From NCBI GenBank assembly GCA_040901985.1, contig JBBDYC010000003.1, forward strand, positions 42,323-106,322: a DNA stretch of 64,000 nucleotides, read 5' to 3'. Below, piece after piece: positions 62,411-64,000 of this stretch. Below the pieces are notes generated by a model. The model was not told the DNA's origin. It saw only the letters and a list, made by a program, of their open reading frames with translations, and did no database searches. Each line of letters starts with the position of its first letter. Position 1 is the stretch's first letter. Source of the DNA: Gemmatimonadaceae bacterium. Lineage in GTDB: Bacteria; Gemmatimonadota; Gemmatimonadetes; Gemmatimonadales; Gemmatimonadaceae. A program made the translations under genes and the position numbers.

Positions 62411-64000
62411 ATGACTCGTTGCCCTTCCGACCGCCTCCTGCGGTCCGTCCTTGCATTCACGGTGCTGGCCGTCTCTCCTGCATCACTTCGCGCATTGCCG
62501 TCCTCGACGCCCGACGCCGGGGCGCCGGCCGTCATCGGCACGGTGTTGGACAGTGCCGGCGCTCCGCTGGCCAACGCCTACGTGGTCGTCGCCGAGGTCG
62601 GTCGCACGACCTCGACGAACGCGGCGGGCGTCTTCGTCCTGCGCGGGCTCCCGCCGCGCGAGTACCATCTCAATGTCATGCTCCTCGGTTACGCGCCCGG
62701 GCACGCCGTGGTCACCGTGCCGCCCGAAGGCGAGGACGTGCTGGTCACGATCCGACTCGTGGCGACGCCGCTGCGCCTGACGTCCATCATTGTCAGCGCA
62801 TCGGCCACTGGCACCGAGGCCGACCGGCTCACCCAGGCAGCGCTGGAGCTCTCCGGCCGCGCGCTGGCGCGCTCACTCGGGTCGTCGGTGGCGTCAACAC
62901 TTGCCGGCGAACCCGGTGTCAGCCAGCGCTACGCCGGTCCCGCCGCGAGCATGCCGGTGATCCGGGGGCTCACCGGCGACCGCATCCTGGTCCTGCAGGA
63001 CGGCGAGCGCTCGGGCGACCTCGCTGCGTCGGCCTCGGACCACGCGGTCTCGGTTGATCCCCTCGCTGCGCAGCGCATCGAGGTTGTTCGCGGTCCGGCG
63101 TCGTTGCTCTACGGCAACAGCGCGCTCGGCGGTGTGGTCAACGTGGTCTCCAACGATATCCCGACGGTGGTACCGTCGCACCTCGAGGGCCAGATTGGCG
63201 CGCAGGGCGAGTCAGCCACGCCGGGCGGCGCAATCAGCGCCGGAATCACGGCAAAGGCCGGTGCGCGTGGGGCGGTCTCGGTCCGCGGCGGCCATCGCGA
63301 CATGGGCGCGTTGCGCACCGGCGGCGCGGTCACGCTCGGCGGCACCGATTCGCGCGCCTCGAATGCGACCGTCGGCTACGGCTTCATCGGTGAGCGCGGG
63401 AATGTGGGGGTCGCCGTCCGCCTGTTTGACTTCAACTACGGCCTCCCGGCCGAGGCGGGGGACCCGGAGTCGGGCGTGCGGATTGACGGGCGCCGCGTCG
63501 GCGTCAGCGCGCGCGGCGGGATCCAGTTCGGCAGCGTGTCCCTTCCGTACCTCCGCGTCGAGGGTACCGCCCAGGACTACACGCACGACGAGGTCGAACC
63601 CGACGGCGAGATCGGGACGACCTTCAAGCTCCGTACGCAGACCGCGAATGCGCAGGCGACCACGGCCTTTGGCCGAGTGAAGGGCGCGATCGGGGTGCAG
63701 GGACTGTTCAAACAGTACAACGCCACCGGCGAGGAGGCGCTGACGCCCGGCGCGAACTCGACCGGCATCGGGGTGTTCCTCTATCAAGAGCTACCGCTCG
63801 GAGGGAGCGACGCGGCCGAGGGCGGGACGCAGCTGCAGGTCGGCGCCCGCTGGGATGGCTATGGAATCGCGTCCGAGACCGGGGAGGCGAAATTCGGTCC
63901 CGGGCGCACGGTCAGCTTCGGCAACGCGTCGGGGTCGCTTGGGCTGAGTGTGCCCGTGGGGACACAGGTGACGGTCAGTGGCTCGGTGGCGGGGGGGGGG
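62411..64000 (+). CDS. TonB-dependent receptor, ZnuD-like (partial, runs off window)
   Basis: Read from ATG 62411 (absent from the ORF track): signal peptide, carboxypeptidase-regulatory-like domain, plug PVIRGL...SDHAVSVDPLAAQRIEVVRGPASLLYG..ALGGVVNVV, and DYTHDEVE. Confidence 0.88.
   Translation, partial: MTRCPSDRLLRSVLAFTVLAVSPASLRALPSSTPDAGAPAVIGTVLDSAGAPLANAYVVVAEVGRTTSTNAAGVFVLRGLPPREYHLNVMLLGYAPGHAVVTVPPEGEDVLVTIRLVATPLRLTSIIVSASATGTEADRLTQAALELSGRALARSLGSSVASTLAGEPGVSQRYAGPAASMPVIRGLTGDRILVLQDGERSGDLAASASDHAVSVDPLAAQRIEVVRGPASLLYGNSALGGVVNVVSNDIPTVVPSHLEGQIGAQGESATPGGAISAGITAKAGARGAVSVRGGHRDMGALRTGGAVTLGGTDSRASNATVGYGFIGERGNVGVAVRLFDFNYGLPAEAGDPESGVRIDGRRVGVSARGGIQFGSVSLPYLRVEGTAQDYTHDEVEPDGEIGTTFKLRTQTANAQATTAFGRVKGAIGVQGLFKQYNATGEEALTPGANSTGIGVFLYQELPLGGSDAAEGGTQLQVGARWDGYGIASETGEAKFGPGRTVSFGNASGSLGLSVPVGTQVTVSGSVAGGG

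Noticed and set aside
63991..64000. Terminal run of 10 G
   Set aside because: At the very end of the window inside a CDS. Most likely a sequencing or contig-end artefact, not a phase-variable tract; reads are needed to decide.

Overview
High-GC, gene-dense bacterial chromosomal segment. The Ser/Thr kinase style, FHA/PP2C genes and ECF/CBM pair suggest Gemmatimonadota; this is inference, not a database result. Left to right: (1) phosphate cluster (DUF47 tail, pit, ppk1, ppx, phoR, phoB), with an arsR/acr3/metallophosphoesterase cassette wedged exactly between ppk1 and ppx; (2) nucleotide scavenging and salvage (udk, tandem 5'-nucleotidase, small beta-grasp protein, add, PNP); (3) envelope protease/FHA genes and lon; (4) ffh-rpsP-rimM-trmD-[Ser/Thr kinase]-rplS-rnhB; (5) ECF sigma with a CBM-type anti-sigma, an abgT remnant, tRNA-Lys and an unknown barrel + four-repeat His protein; (6) two-component pair, LysM transglycosylase, moaC, holB, DmpA peptidase, purKE, tRNA-Asn, uvrA, triple-FHA/PP2C and an HD hydrolase; (7) an AT-richer insert with an MmeI-like type IIL R-M gene and a Fic-wHTH gene preceded by six operator-like boxes; (8) pckA-maeB; (9) a CxxC...RAPP leader ORF ahead of a ZnuD-like TonB-dependent receptor that runs off the window. 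Best candidates for new biology: the CxxC/RAPP arrest-peptide leader with the TonB receptor, the four-fold His-repeat protein, the ArsC-less arsenic cassette inside the polyphosphate locus, the Fic operator array, and pervasive leaderless or bidirectional promoters. No CRISPR array, rRNA, transposase or integrase was seen. All calls come from motif reading only; no searches were run.
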